Part shown: positions 41,889 to 52,500 of the stretch, in pieces
How the letters are laid out: every line of letters starts with the position of its first letter
Position numbering within the stretch: position 1 is the first letter of the stretch
Origin: an uncultured delta proteobacterium
GTDB lineage: Bacteria > Desulfobacterota > RBG-13-43-22
Length of the DNA: 64,000 bases
Direction: 5' to 3'
NCBI GenBank assembly: GCA_963843145.1
Contig: CAWJJC010000003.1
Span: forward strand, 1-64,000
Notes under the pieces: model-generated
Databases searched by the model: none
What the model was told of the DNA's origin: nothing
The model's input: the letters and a program-made list of their open reading frames with translations, nothing else
Translations under genes and position numbers: made by a program

Positions 41889-42560
41889 ATGAGAAGAATG
41901 GTAACCGCGACGTTAGTCTGCCTGTTATTTATTATTTCCGGGGGAAGCCTGGCCCAGGAGTCCATTTATTGGGTCGATCGGTTTTCGACGGATAAGGTTA
42001 AGGATGGGGTACCGGAAGGGTGGGAATTGGAAATCAAGGAAGGTGAGCCGGAACTCCAGGTGAAGAAGGAAGGGGATGGCGCTTTCGTTCGCTTTAAGTC
42101 CGACAAGTCCTCTTTCGGGATTCGCAAGGAGTTTGACCTGGATATTAAAGAGTTCCCCTATTTGAATTGGAAATGGAAAGCCGTCCAACTGCCTGAAAAA
42201 GGTGATTTTCATAAGAAAGACAGCGACGATCAGGCGGCCCAGGTTTATGTCATTTTCCCACGTTTTCCAGCCAAATTGAATAGCGAGTTCGTCTGTTACT
42301 ATTGGGAGACCAATCCCAAAAACAAGGGACTGGAAGGCCCCAGCGTGGCCTGGTCCAAGGCCCGGGTCATCGTCTTGGAGGCCGGGAAAGAGAAATTGAA
42401 TCAGTGGGTGACGGAAAAAAGGAACGTCTACGAGGATTACAAACGGCTGTTCAAGAAGGACCCGCCCAAGGCCGGGGGAGTCGCTTTCTATATCAACTCG
42501 CAACATACGCAGAGTTCGGCCGAATCTTTTCTGGGCGATATCTATTTTTCCAAGAAGTAG
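41889..42560 (+). CDS. Exported DUF3047-like protein
   Basis: Signal peptide; PYLNWKWK, DDQAAQVYV, WVTEKRNVYEDY. Confidence 0.8.
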   Translation: MRRMVTATLVCLLFIISGGSLAQESIYWVDRFSTDKVKDGVPEGWELEIKEGEPELQVKKEGDGAFVRFKSDKSSFGIRKEFDLDIKEFPYLNWKWKAVQLPEKGDFHKKDSDDQAAQVYVIFPRFPAKLNSEFVCYYWETNPKNKGLEGPSVAWSKARVIVLEAGKEKLNQWVTEKRNVYEDYKRLFKKDPPKAGGVAFYINSQHTQSSAESFLGDIYFSKK

Positions 42561-42603
42561 CGCCGATCTGAGGAGTGCCCGCCAGTTTGCGAGTTTATCA
42601 GGT

Positions 42604-42748
42604 GATAAGTTCGCAAAAAGTCCCGAATTGTCATCCTGAACGAAGTGAAGGATCTCGGAACTAGCTGAAAGAACGAGATTCTTCGTCCCGCGTTATCGCG
42701 GGACTCAGAATGACAAACTCTCTCTGACAGACTTTTTGCGAGACCATC
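42604..42748. mobile_element. MITE-like element with TCGCAAAAAGTC termini and nested REP palindrome (half copies 18680, 27374, 39690)
   Basis: GATAAGTTCGCAAAAAGTC ... GACTTTTTGCGAGACCATC. Confidence 0.75.
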
Positions 42749-43559
42749 AGGTGTTGCCCTGCTGAAAAATCGCTTCGGCCATATGTTTAAAGGCCAACGC
42801 GGTGGCGGTGGTTTCATGCCCCTGGAAATAGGGATGACCGCTGTCCGCTTCGGCCACCAATCCGGGCTCCAATGGAATCCGGCCAAGGAAAGGGGCGCTC
42901 CATTCCCGGGCCAGGGCTTCTCCTCCCCCTTTTTTAAACAGGTCAATTTCCTGACCACAGTGGGGGCAGGTTAAACCGCTCATATTCTCAACGATACCCA
43001 GGATGGGGAGGTTGACTTTTTTGAGAAACTGAAGGGATCGCCGGACATCTTCCACGGAAACCTCCTGTGGGGTGGTTACCACCAAGGCCTTGACTTCGGG
43101 TATAGTCTGGGCGATCGACAGGGGTTCGTCGCCCGTTCCCGGCGGGGCGTCGACCACCAGGTAATCCAGGGGACCCCAGAGCACATCGGAAAGCAGTTGG
43201 CGAATAGCTCCTCCCTTTCGGGGTCCGCGCCAAATGACGGCGGTATCCGTTCCTTCCAGGACAAAGGGAATGGAGAAGACTTTTAAGTTGGGGCTATACG
43301 CAATCGGGATTAACGCCCCGTCTTTGACTTCCGCCCGTCTACCGGCCAGTCCCAACATGTGAGGGATGCTGGGCCCGTGCAGGTCCACGTCCAGGAGGCC
43401 CACCTGCAGCCCCCGGTCCGCCAGGGCCACGGAAAGATGGACGGCCACGGTGCTTTTCCCCACCCCGCCTTTCCCGCTCAGAACCAATATCTTGTTTTTT
43501 ATCGGCGCCATACCCTGCCGAATTTTGGCTTTGAGGGCGGCGCGATCAAATAGATCCAT
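42747..43559 (-). CDS. mrp: Mrp/ApbC Fe-S carrier ATPase
   Basis: SGKGGVGKST, DAPPGTGDE, ENMSGLTCPHC. Confidence 0.95.
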   Translation of the reverse strand: MDLFDRAALKAKIRQGMAPIKNKILVLSGKGGVGKSTVAVHLSVALADRGLQVGLLDVDLHGPSIPHMLGLAGRRAEVKDGALIPIAYSPNLKVFSIPFVLEGTDTAVIWRGPRKGGAIRQLLSDVLWGPLDYLVVDAPPGTGDEPLSIAQTIPEVKALVVTTPQEVSVEDVRRSLQFLKKVNLPILGIVENMSGLTCPHCGQEIDLFKKGGGEALAREWSAPFLGRIPLEPGLVAEADSGHPYFQGHETTATALAFKHMAEAIFQQGNT

Positions 43560-43635
43560 AGGTTCTCCTTCCCTACGAAAATCAAAAACTTCCTTAGATA
43601 AAGCCTATGATTCTCGAAATTAGGTTATGATCCCT

Positions 43636-43771
43636 AAATTCGAAATTCGAAGCACGAAATCCGAAACAAATTCAAACGATCAAATTTCAAAACAAAAAAC
43701 TCTTTGTTTGGATCATTTGGATTTTGGACCTTCGTGCCTGTTTCGGATTTCGTGCTTCGAATTTCGAATTT
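43636..43771. repeat. Perfect 33-bp inverted repeat with heptamer periodicity
   Basis: AAATTCGAAATTCGAAGCACGAAATCCGAAACA / exact reverse complement at 43739-43771. Confidence 0.92.
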
Positions 43772-43782
43772 GAACCAAAAAT

Positions 43783-44595
43783 TCAAGAATTTTTGGTGAG
43801 GACGGCGTTCATACTGCCGGAGCGCAGGCCTTGCAGGTCCAGGGTGATATAGGTGAATCCCAAGGACGTCAGGGTTTGCTCCAGGGCCGCCTTGGTCCTT
43901 TTATTCATTATCTTCGGGAAATCCTTTTCTCGGACTTCTATCCGAGCTATCGGTCCGTGGACCCGCAGGCGGCATTCTCTAAAACCCAGCGACCGGAGGG
44001 CCGCTTCCGCCTGACCGATCCGGGATAATTGCTCTTTTTTTATGGGGGTCCCGAAGGGGATGCGGGTGGCCAGGCAGGCGGACGAAGGCTGGTTCCAGGT
44101 GGGCAGTCCCAGGCGTCGGCTCGCCCGGCGGATTTCTTCCTTGCGCCAGCCCAGCAGGGCGAAGGGGCTGACGACCTGGAACTCCCGGTTGGCCTGGAGT
44201 CCCGGCCGATAATCACGGAGGTCGTCCGCATTGGTTCCATCCAGGAGGTAAGGGACCCCTTTGGTTTTCAAAAAGTGCCGGGCCAGCCGGAAACGGTATT
44301 GTTTGCAATAATAACAGCGGTTGGGAGGGTTTTCTGTAAATTCCGGGAGCAGGTATTCCCGGCTGACCATTTTTTTTAGAGGAATTCCCAGAGATCCGGT
44401 TATTTCCAGGACCCGTTCTTTTTCTTCCACGGTCATCAGGGGGGACAGGAAACAGACAGCCAGGGGAGGGAGATCCCAGGCCTCCAGGGCCAGGTGCAGC
44501 AAGAGCGTGCTGTCCACCCCCCCGGAAAAGGCGATGGCCCCGGGCTGCCAGCGCCGGAGGGCGGCCATCAGATCTTTAATGGGGGGCGAAGCCAC
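43783..44595 (-). CDS. larE: LarE-like ATP-dependent sulfur transferase
   Basis: AFSGGVDS, RCYYCK, DGTNADD..RPG, SACLATRIP. Confidence 0.9.
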   Translation of the reverse strand: MASPPIKDLMAALRRWQPGAIAFSGGVDSTLLLHLALEAWDLPPLAVCFLSPLMTVEEKERVLEITGSLGIPLKKMVSREYLLPEFTENPPNRCYYCKQYRFRLARHFLKTKGVPYLLDGTNADDLRDYRPGLQANREFQVVSPFALLGWRKEEIRRASRRLGLPTWNQPSSACLATRIPFGTPIKKEQLSRIGQAEAALRSLGFRECRLRVHGPIARIEVREKDFPKIMNKRTKAALEQTLTSLGFTYITLDLQGLRSGSMNAVLTKNS

Positions 44596-44628
44596 TTACG
44601 GATTTCGAATTTCTAACCACAGGCTGAT

Positions 44629-45228
44629 TTATTCCATGGAAGAAAGGACCCGGTGCCCTTTTTTCTCCAGGGCTCGGATGATCGGATCCAGGGGAGCCTT
44701 TTCCAGACGGAAAAAATGCGTTTTTCTTTGGCCCTTGCCGGTCATACCGACGCTGATGATCTGGCCGCCGTTCTTTTGAATGATCCCGGAGGCCTCTTCA
44801 AAGGCCTTGGGCCGGTCGGCCAGGTGAAGGTCCAGACGGGAACTTGACTTCAAAAAACCCATGAGTTCAATGAAGGCGGCTAAAATATCCGGAGTGGTCA
44901 GGATCCCGACCAATTTCCCTTTATCCAGGACGGGCAGTCCGCCGATTTTATTTCGGTAGATAATTCGGGCGGCTTCTTCCAGGGAGTCATTGGGCCCCAC
45001 GGTGATCGGGTTCTCAATCATAATCTGTTCTACCGGTATGTCCCGCACCAGTGAGGGGAGCATCACCTCCCGGAGATCACTCTCAGTGATCAGGCCCACA
45101 AACAGAGGGCCATCAACCACGGGCAGGTGACGGACGGAGTATTTTTTCATCAGGGAAAGGGCCTCTACCACGGTGCAGTTCCGGTCTATGGTGATTAATT
45201 TTTTAACCATCCGATTTTTGATTAACAT
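44629..45228 (-). CDS. CBS-pair + ACT protein (AcuB-like)
   Basis: VRHLPVVD, KIGGLPVLD..LVGILT. Confidence 0.88.
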   Translation of the reverse strand: MLIKNRMVKKLITIDRNCTVVEALSLMKKYSVRHLPVVDGPLFVGLITESDLREVMLPSLVRDIPVEQIMIENPITVGPNDSLEEAARIIYRNKIGGLPVLDKGKLVGILTTPDILAAFIELMGFLKSSSRLDLHLADRPKAFEEASGIIQKNGGQIISVGMTGKGQRKTHFFRLEKAPLDPIIRALEKKGHRVLSSME

Positions 45229-45388
45229 GGGGAGCTCCTTTCACTCGGGAATATGTCCGTCTATTCTATTTTTAGCAGATATGCTAATATTTTTCAAGCT
45301 ATCATAAAGAGTTGACTAATTAAGGCAGATTTTTTAGTATAGCCCTAAACAAAAGTTATCTAATTTTTGTTTAGAAAAGGAGCACATC

Positions 45389-46624
45389 TTGCGCTACCTC
45401 AACGAGATCGATATCAAGAATAAAAAATTGTTGATCCGGGTGGACATGAATGTCCCCCTCGACAAAAATCAGAATATTACCGATGATAACCGCATCCGCA
45501 GCGTCCTGCCGACCATCAATTATGCCTTGGATGAAAATGCCAAGGTCATCCTCTGTTCCCACGTGGGACGGCCGAAAGGCAAGGTGGTGCCCGAATTGAG
45601 CCTGGCCCCGGTGGCCCGGCGTCTATCCCGGCTGCTGCAGAAAGAAGTCCAATTAGCGCCCGATTGCGTGGGACCGGAAGTGGAAAAAATGATTGCCCGC
45701 ATGAAACCCGGCGGCATCCTGCTACTGGAAAATTTACGGTTTCATCCCGAAGAAACAAAAAATAACGATACGTTCGGGAAAGAACTGGCCGCTCTGGCCG
45801 ACATCTACGTGAATGACGCCTTCGCCGTGGCCCATCGGGCCCATGCCTCGGTAGTGGCCGTGGCCAAGTATGCCCGGGAGGTGGCCGCCGGCTTCTTGAT
45901 GAAAGACGAATTGAAGTTTTTCCACCAGTCCCTGGAGAGCCCGGCACGGCCGCTGGTGGCGGTTATCGGCGGCTCCAAGGTCAGCGGCAAATTGGAGGCC
46001 CTGGAGAATTTACTGGATCACGTGGACAAAATGGTTATCGGCGGGGCTATGGCCAATACCTTTCTCAAAGGGGTGAATTATTACGTGGGCAATTCTCTGG
46101 TCGAGGAGGACCTGGTCAGTGTGGCGAATTGCCTGATGCGCAAGGCCAAGGATAAGGGGGTGAAATTGTACGTCCCGGTGGATTGCGTGGTGGCCGCCGT
46201 CATGGACCCTCAGGCCGAGACCAAGATCACTCCGGTTCAGGAAGTCCCCAAAGACTGGATGATCCTGGATATCGGGCCGGCCACCTCCCTGCTCTATTCC
46301 GAAGTCCTGCAGAACGCTAAAACCATCATTTGGAACGGACCTATGGGGGCCTTTGAGATGGACGCCTTCTCCCGGGGGACCATGGCCATGGTTCACTCGG
46401 TGGCCAATTCCTACGCCCTGACCATCGTCGGAGGCGGCGACACGGATGTAGCCGTTCACAAGGCCGGGGAGACGTCGAAAATATCTTACATCTCCACTGG
46501 CGGGGGGGCTTTTTTAGCCCTACTCGAGGGCAGCCAGTTGCCCGGGGTGGCGGCCCTGGAAGGAAAATTTGTTTTGGAACCCCAGGAACGGCTGGATTCC
46601 TGTCTCCCCGAGGCCTTGGGGTAA
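45389..46624 (+). CDS. pgk: Phosphoglycerate kinase
   Basis: [27 protein letters not shown]. Confidence 0.98.
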   Translation: MRYLNEIDIKNKKLLIRVDMNVPLDKNQNITDDNRIRSVLPTINYALDENAKVILCSHVGRPKGKVVPELSLAPVARRLSRLLQKEVQLAPDCVGPEVEKMIARMKPGGILLLENLRFHPEETKNNDTFGKELAALADIYVNDAFAVAHRAHASVVAVAKYAREVAAGFLMKDELKFFHQSLESPARPLVAVIGGSKVSGKLEALENLLDHVDKMVIGGAMANTFLKGVNYYVGNSLVEEDLVSVANCLMRKAKDKGVKLYVPVDCVVAAVMDPQAETKITPVQEVPKDWMILDIGPATSLLYSEVLQNAKTIIWNGPMGAFEMDAFSRGTMAMVHSVANSYALTIVGGGDTDVAVHKAGETSKISYISTGGGAFLALLEGSQLPGVAALEGKFVLEPQERLDSCLPEALG

Positions 46625-46634
46625 GGAGGGGATT

Positions 46635-47393
46635 ATGCGTCGGAAATGGATTGGCGGCAACTGGAAGATGCACAAGACGATCGGCGAGGCCCTGGCCCTG
46701 GTCCAATCGTTGAAAGACGGACTCCCCCACTCCGACGCCGTGGAGGTGCTGATCGCCCCAGCCTTCACCGCCTTGCCGGCGGTGGGGACGGCCCTCCGGG
46801 GGACTGCGATTCAGTTAGCGGGCCAAAATCTCCATTGGGCTGACCAAGGGGCCTATACCGGCGAAATTTCTCCGGGAATGCTCAGGGATGTGGGGTGTAC
46901 CCACGTCCTCATCGGCCATTCCGAGCGCCGCCACTGGTTCAAGGAAACCGATTCGATCATCAATCAGAAAATGCAGGCCAGCCTGAGGGCCGGCCTCCAA
47001 CCGGTCTTTTGCGTTGGGGAAACCCTGGAGGAGCGGGAAGCCGACCGGGTGGAAGCCGTCTTGTCCCGGCAGATCCGGGAGGGGCTCCTGGGGCTCAGCG
47101 CTGAACAGGCGGCTTCCGGGGTAATCGCCTATGAGCCGGTCTGGGCCATCGGGACCGGGAAAATGGCCACCCCGGAAATGGCCCAAGCGGTGCATTTCTT
47201 TATCCGGGGGCTGCTGGCCGATCTGTTCGATAAAAGGGTTGCATCCGACAAGAGAATTGTGTATGGTGGAAGTGTTACTCCGGAAACGACCCGGGGCTTG
47301 CTGGCCCAGGCAGATATCGACGGGGGGTTGGTCGGCGGAGCCAGTTTGAAAGCGGAGCCTTTTATCGCCATCATTCAGGAGAGCATAAAATAG
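46635..47393 (+). CDS. tpiA: Triosephosphate isomerase
   Basis: GGNWKM, IGHSERR, AYEPVWAIGTG, LVGGASL. Confidence 0.98.
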   Translation: MRRKWIGGNWKMHKTIGEALALVQSLKDGLPHSDAVEVLIAPAFTALPAVGTALRGTAIQLAGQNLHWADQGAYTGEISPGMLRDVGCTHVLIGHSERRHWFKETDSIINQKMQASLRAGLQPVFCVGETLEEREADRVEAVLSRQIREGLLGLSAEQAASGVIAYEPVWAIGTGKMATPEMAQAVHFFIRGLLADLFDKRVASDKRIVYGGSVTPETTRGLLAQADIDGGLVGGASLKAEPFIAIIQESIK

Positions 47394-47396
47394 ACT

Positions 47397-47750
47397 ATGA
47401 CTGTATTTATTGTGATTATCCACATTATCGTCTGCATCGGGCTGATTCTGATCGTTTTGCTCCAGACCGGCAAAGGGGCCAGCATGGGGGCGGCTTTTGG
47501 AGGATCGAGCCAGACGATCTTCGGAAGTTCCGGCGCCACGACTTTCTTAGGCAAATTGACCACGGGAGTAGCGGTAGTCTTCATGGTCACTTCCCTGATC
47601 TTAGCCTTCATCTCCGGCCCCCGCACCGGGTCCTCGGTGGTTGGTTCCTCCACGGCCCCGGTTCGCCAATCGGCTCCGGCCGTGCCGGCAACCGGCAAGA
47701 CCGCCACTCCGACCGCTCCAGTGCCCCCAACGACGCCGACCGCCAAATAG
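47397..47750 (+). CDS. secG: Preprotein translocase SecG
   Basis: VLLQTGKGASMGAAFGG; follows tpiA. Confidence 0.96.
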   Translation: MTVFIVIIHIIVCIGLILIVLLQTGKGASMGAAFGGSSQTIFGSSGATTFLGKLTTGVAVVFMVTSLILAFISGPRTGSSVVGSSTAPVRQSAPAVPATGKTATPTAPVPPTTPTAK

Positions 47751-47764
47751 AAAGTTTTCCTAAT

Positions 47765-47850
47765 GCCGAAGTGGTGGAACCTGGTAGACACACCATCTTG
47801 AGGGGGTGGCGGGTAACTCCGTGCGGGTTCAAATCCCGCCTTCGGCACCA
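47765..47850 (+). tRNA. tRNA-Leu (GAG)
   Basis: GCCGAAG/CTTCGGC acceptor stem, anticodon loop TTGAGGG, long variable arm, GGTTCAAATCC, CCA end. Confidence 0.97.
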
Positions 47851-47857
47851 CTGAAAT

Positions 47858-47892
47858 AAAAAACGGCCAAGAAAAGCGCTTGGCCGTTTTTT
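47858..47892 (+). terminator. Intrinsic terminator
   Basis: AAAAAACGGCCAAG-loop-CTTGGCCGTTTTT. Confidence 0.85.
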
Positions 47893-48227
47893 ATTTATAA
47901 AAAGCTCAAATCGCTGTTTATTGACTTCTTCTTTTCAAATTGATATTATTTTTAAATAAAGAAAACGTGCTCCCCTCGCGGAGATTGTCCTGAGTGAGAG
48001 ACCAGATTATTCGCGGAGTTTGCCCTGAGCCGATAGACGAGATCCTTCGTTTCTCTCGGGATGACAGGAAGGCCAAGGACGCGAGAGAAAAGCAGGTAAG
48101 GGGCTCAGGATGACCAGCGCGGGGCTGAGCCTGAAAGGCGCAAGGAACAGAATGACGGTTTGGGACTTTTTGAGGGGTCATTATTTCAGCTAACCATTTG
48201 ATCTTTTAAGAGCTTAAGGGGTGCATT

Positions 48228-49505
48228 ATGGCGCGAGTCGAGGTGTTTGAAAATAAAAAACCCGTCATTGGGATTAACGGGTTAGGGCGGATTGGTAAGC
48301 TGACCCTCTGGCATCACCTGGGACGAAAATATTTCCAGGAGATCGTGGTCAATACCGGGCGGGAGGTGGGTACGGGCTTACAGGCCATCGCGCAGCGGAT
48401 TGAAACCGATTCCACCTACGGCCTGCTGCACCGGTTTCTCTACGGGATCAAAGCCAAACGCTTCATCGAGATCGTGGACGAGAAAGCCGGAAAGATGTTG
48501 ATTGACGGTATCCCGGTGACCGTCCTCCGGGAGTCGCGGGTTCCGGCGGAGATCAAATGGCGGGATTACGGGGTGGATCTGGTCGTGGAAACCACCGGAA
48601 AATTCAAGGACCCCACGATTGCTCCCGACGACTCCGGAGGCTCCCTCCGAGGGCATCTGGCGGCCGGGGCCCGGATCGCCATCAATTCTTCTCCTTTCAA
48701 GATCAAGAACAAGGCCCTCTCCGTTCCGGATGACGCGATCATGCTGGTCTACGGTATTAATCACACGGCCTTCGATAGAAAAGCCCACCAGGTGTTGTCG
48801 GGCGCTTCCTGCACGACCACCGGTTTGGCCCATATGGTCAAGCCCCTGCTGGAAAACGAGGCCACCAATAAGATCCTGACCGCCTCCATGTCCACGGTGC
48901 ATGCCGTAACCAATACCCAGGCGGTCCTCGATTCCATGCCGAAGGCGGGGGAGAAGGACTTGAGGAAAAATCGAAGCATCCTGAACAATATCATTCTTAC
49001 TTCCACCGGCGCGGCCGTGGCTCTGGCCGAGGTCATCCCCGAGGTCAAGAACATCGGCTTCATGGCCGATTCCATCCGGGTCCCTACCAACACGGAGTCC
49101 CTGATCGTCCTGAATCTCACCTTCCAGAGCAAGATGAAGGCAGACGGGTCGCCCCTGGAACTGGACACGAACACCATCAACCGGATTTACCAGGATGCCG
49201 GGGAGCGGGACCCGGAAAACCTGCTGGTCTTTTCGATGGAACAGAATGTCTCCAGCGATCTCATCGGGCTGGATGCCGCCGTGGTGATCGAAGGACAGTT
49301 GAACCATACCCGGACCTCATTCATCGACATTGACTGCGCTTGGATCCCCGGCCTGCCTCCGCAGGTCATCCCCACGCTGCCTGAGAGTTGCCTCCGGGTG
49401 CCCGTGGTCCACGCCAAGATTTTCGGCTGGTACGACAATGAATACGGGAGCTATACCAACCGGTTGGGGGACCTGGCGGTTTACGTGCACAAGCAGTTGG
49501 CCTAA
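48228..49505 (+). CDS. Divergent long GAPDH-family protein
   Basis: GINGLGRIG, GASCTTTGL, STGAA, GWYDNEYG, with several insertions. Confidence 0.88.
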   Translation: MARVEVFENKKPVIGINGLGRIGKLTLWHHLGRKYFQEIVVNTGREVGTGLQAIAQRIETDSTYGLLHRFLYGIKAKRFIEIVDEKAGKMLIDGIPVTVLRESRVPAEIKWRDYGVDLVVETTGKFKDPTIAPDDSGGSLRGHLAAGARIAINSSPFKIKNKALSVPDDAIMLVYGINHTAFDRKAHQVLSGASCTTTGLAHMVKPLLENEATNKILTASMSTVHAVTNTQAVLDSMPKAGEKDLRKNRSILNNIILTSTGAAVALAEVIPEVKNIGFMADSIRVPTNTESLIVLNLTFQSKMKADGSPLELDTNTINRIYQDAGERDPENLLVFSMEQNVSSDLIGLDAAVVIEGQLNHTRTSFIDIDCAWIPGLPPQVIPTLPESCLRVPVVHAKIFGWYDNEYGSYTNRLGDLAVYVHKQLA

Positions 49506-49506
49506 T

Positions 49507-49538
49507 AAAAAAGGGCGGGTTCAAACCCGCCCTTTTTT
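49507..49538. terminator. Bidirectional terminator
   Basis: AAAAAAGGGCGGGTT-CA-AACCCGCCCTTTTTT between convergent genes. Confidence 0.88.
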
Positions 49539-52500
49539 ATAGCGTCACCCGATTGGACTCCAGGGCCTCCCGCTCGTGGCGGCCCTGGTAAACGGCGCCG
49601 CTCCAGCCGTCGATGGAAATGAAGTCTCCCCCGGTGATGGTTTGGCCGTCCACGGTGCTGTAGCCTTTGGTTTCGTAGACGCTTAATTTAGTGAACCCCA
49701 CCACGCCGACCTTGTTGAGTTGGGGGATGGTGACCGCGGCATGGGAGGTGCTGCCCCCCCTGGCCGTCAGGAGCCCCTCCACCTGAAGCAAAACTCCCAC
49801 ATCGTCGGGTACGGAATCGGGACGAATCAGGATCAACGGCGTATCCGGTTCGCTTTCCCGGTACTGCCGGATCTCCTCCTCGGAATAGACCGCCCGGCCC
49901 GCCAGCGCCCCTCCGCTCACCCCGATGCCGTTTCCCAGCAGACTTTTTTTCAAGGCCGGGGAATCCTTAAAAATGGGCAGCTTGGTGGTTTCCCGCTGGA
50001 CCATTTCCCGGGTCTGGAGGATATGGAGGCCCTCCCGGGTGGCCTGCTCAAAGGTAAATTCGATCTCCTGGTGATTGAACCGTTTCTCATAGATCAGGAT
50101 TTCACAGAGACGAAGCAGTTGCCCAAATATTTCGGGAAAATTGGCCTCCAGGGAAATGGCCGTGTCCTTCCGTTCGTTCAACCGTTGTTTCTCCGAAATG
50201 GGATAGGTGGCGACCAGGCCGGAGACTATGTCGTCTCCCTGAACCCCGAAAATGAAGTCGCCGTACAAATTGATGCCGGGGGCGGAGCTTTTCGGGTCCC
50301 GGGTGAAGATCACCCCCGACCCGGATTGGCTGTTCAGGTTGCCAAAAATCATGGTTTGGACAATGACCGCCGTTCCCCACTCATCGGAGAGGTGCATCTG
50401 ACGGCGGTAAATGCGGGCCTGCTCGGAATTCCAGGAATCGATGACCCGAAGAATGGCGTCCTGGAGCTGGTCCCAGGGACGTTCGGGCACCTCCAAACCC
50501 TTATCCTCCAAGGCCCTTTTATAGGCTAGCGCAACCAGCCGCATCTGGTCCGGAGAGAACTGGATCTTACGGCTGACCCCGTAGCGTTGTTTGAAGGTGT
50601 CGATCAGGGAATCAAAAAAATTCCGATCCAGGCCCCGCAGCATCCCGTAGCTCTGCAGGTAGCGCCGGTAGGAATCCCAGGCCGCCCAGGAGAATCCTTT
50701 TTTTTGACTGAGTCCCTCGGCAATCCTTTCGTTGATGCCCACGTTCAAGATCGATTGCATCATGCCCGGCAGCGAGATAGTGGCGCCGCTGCGGACGCTT
50801 AACAGCAGCGGATTCTTGAGGTCTCCGAAATGGCGTCCGACCATCCTTTCCAGGTGCCGGATCTCCCGGAGGATGCGGACGTTCAGATCATCCATGATGT
50901 ACTGGTAGCCCAGCAGGGCTTCAATCCGGCGGAAGACCTCGGTAGTCAGCACAAAACCGGGGGGCACGGGGAACCCCATGGAAGCCAATTCCTTGAGAAA
51001 GTAACCCTTGTTGCCGAGGCGGATCTGGTTGTCTAATTTTTTATCGCGCCGGTACAGGGGGGTGATGGCGGTCTCCGGTTCATAGGCCATGACCAGGGTC
51101 AAAATCTGCTTGTTCTCTTTAAATTTTTCCAGTTCGGCCTGCAGGGTGCGCAGGATACGGTTGATGAAATTATCCAGCACCTGGAGGCCGAAGGCCGACG
51201 AGATGGCCATGCGGATAAAATTCTCGGAGAGTTGATAAAAGAGTTCTTCCTCCCGACCGGAGGCCCGCCCTCCCAACGTGGAGCCGTCCTCCTTCGAAAT
51301 TTGAGCAATGATCAGCGGCAGGTTGGGCTGGTGCACCTCGATGTAATATTCCCGAATAATGTCCTGAATGCCTTTGGAGATGAACTGGAAGATGTCGATA
51401 TACTGGTCGATGGAGAATTGTTTAATTTCCAGGGCGTGGCTGACATACTTCATCTTGGCTGAAAGTCCCTCAACGGCCACCCCTTCCAGGTCGAGGGCCT
51501 TGATATAGAGCCAGAGGTAGCGGTGGATGCGCACCAAGGTGCTTTTGGTGATGAATTTCAGATTAAGGGACTGGATCAGTTCTTCAAAGAGGAGCGTGGC
51601 CAGACTTTCCAGGCGCAGGGAAAGCCCCAGGGCTTCAAATTTCTTTTCCCGATAGGTGCCGTACATGGAGGGGATGCCGGCGGCAATATGGCGCTTGCGG
51701 TAGATGTTCTCCACGTACTCGCTTTTCTCGGGAGAGAGGATTACTTCCTTTAGTTGGACAAGAAAGTCCAGAATGACGGCCAGGCTCTTGTCCTGTTTCT
51801 TTTTTTGGAGATGGCGACGGAGGTCCCGGACTTTCGTCGCCTCAAAGAGGTAGGAGGTCTCCAGGTCCTTAAGGAGGTCAATATGCTGCGGGTTGTATTT
51901 CTTATAGAGCAGTTGATAGAAACGGATGAGCAGCCTGGCCCGTTCCCGGTCCTGCTCCGGGGTTTCGGTCACTCCCTGGATCTCTTTGGCTATTCGAGGA
52001 CCGTCCCAATTCAGGAAACCTTGGGGATCGGAGCGCACCTTTTCCAGCAGCGTGCGGAAGATCGTCTGCAGCCCTCGTGTCTTCCGGGCGCCTTCGGGGG
52101 TCTGGGCATAAACCTCCTCCGGAAGATGAGCCCGGAGGAAGGATTTTTTCCCGGTGGCCCAATAACGAAAAGCGTCCTCGAGGAAGGAGACCAATAGGCT
52201 ATTGCTCTCCACATGCGATTGTTTGCGGAGGAAATGGACGACCGGGTCCTGCCGGAAGGCAATCTCGTCCACCTCGGTGGATATCTCTCGCAGCTCCCCT
52301 TCCGCTCCGATTTCGCTGTAGTAGATGGGGAACAACCGCAGGAGTTGTTTGACCAGATTGAAAGCCGGGCCGATAGAGGTGTTGAGCAGGGCCGAGATGT
52401 TCTTCTGGAGCAGGTCCGTATCTCGGATGAAGACCCCTCCCAACTTCAGGTTGATGATCAGCGCCGAGAGCAGCCTCCGGGTCCATCTCGGTTTCAGAGC

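Noticed and set aside
47375-47851. 158-aa minus-strand ORF
   Set aside because: Antisense to secG and tRNA-Leu
47975-48180. Glycine or other known riboswitch
   Set aside because: Conserved core motifs not found in the correct order
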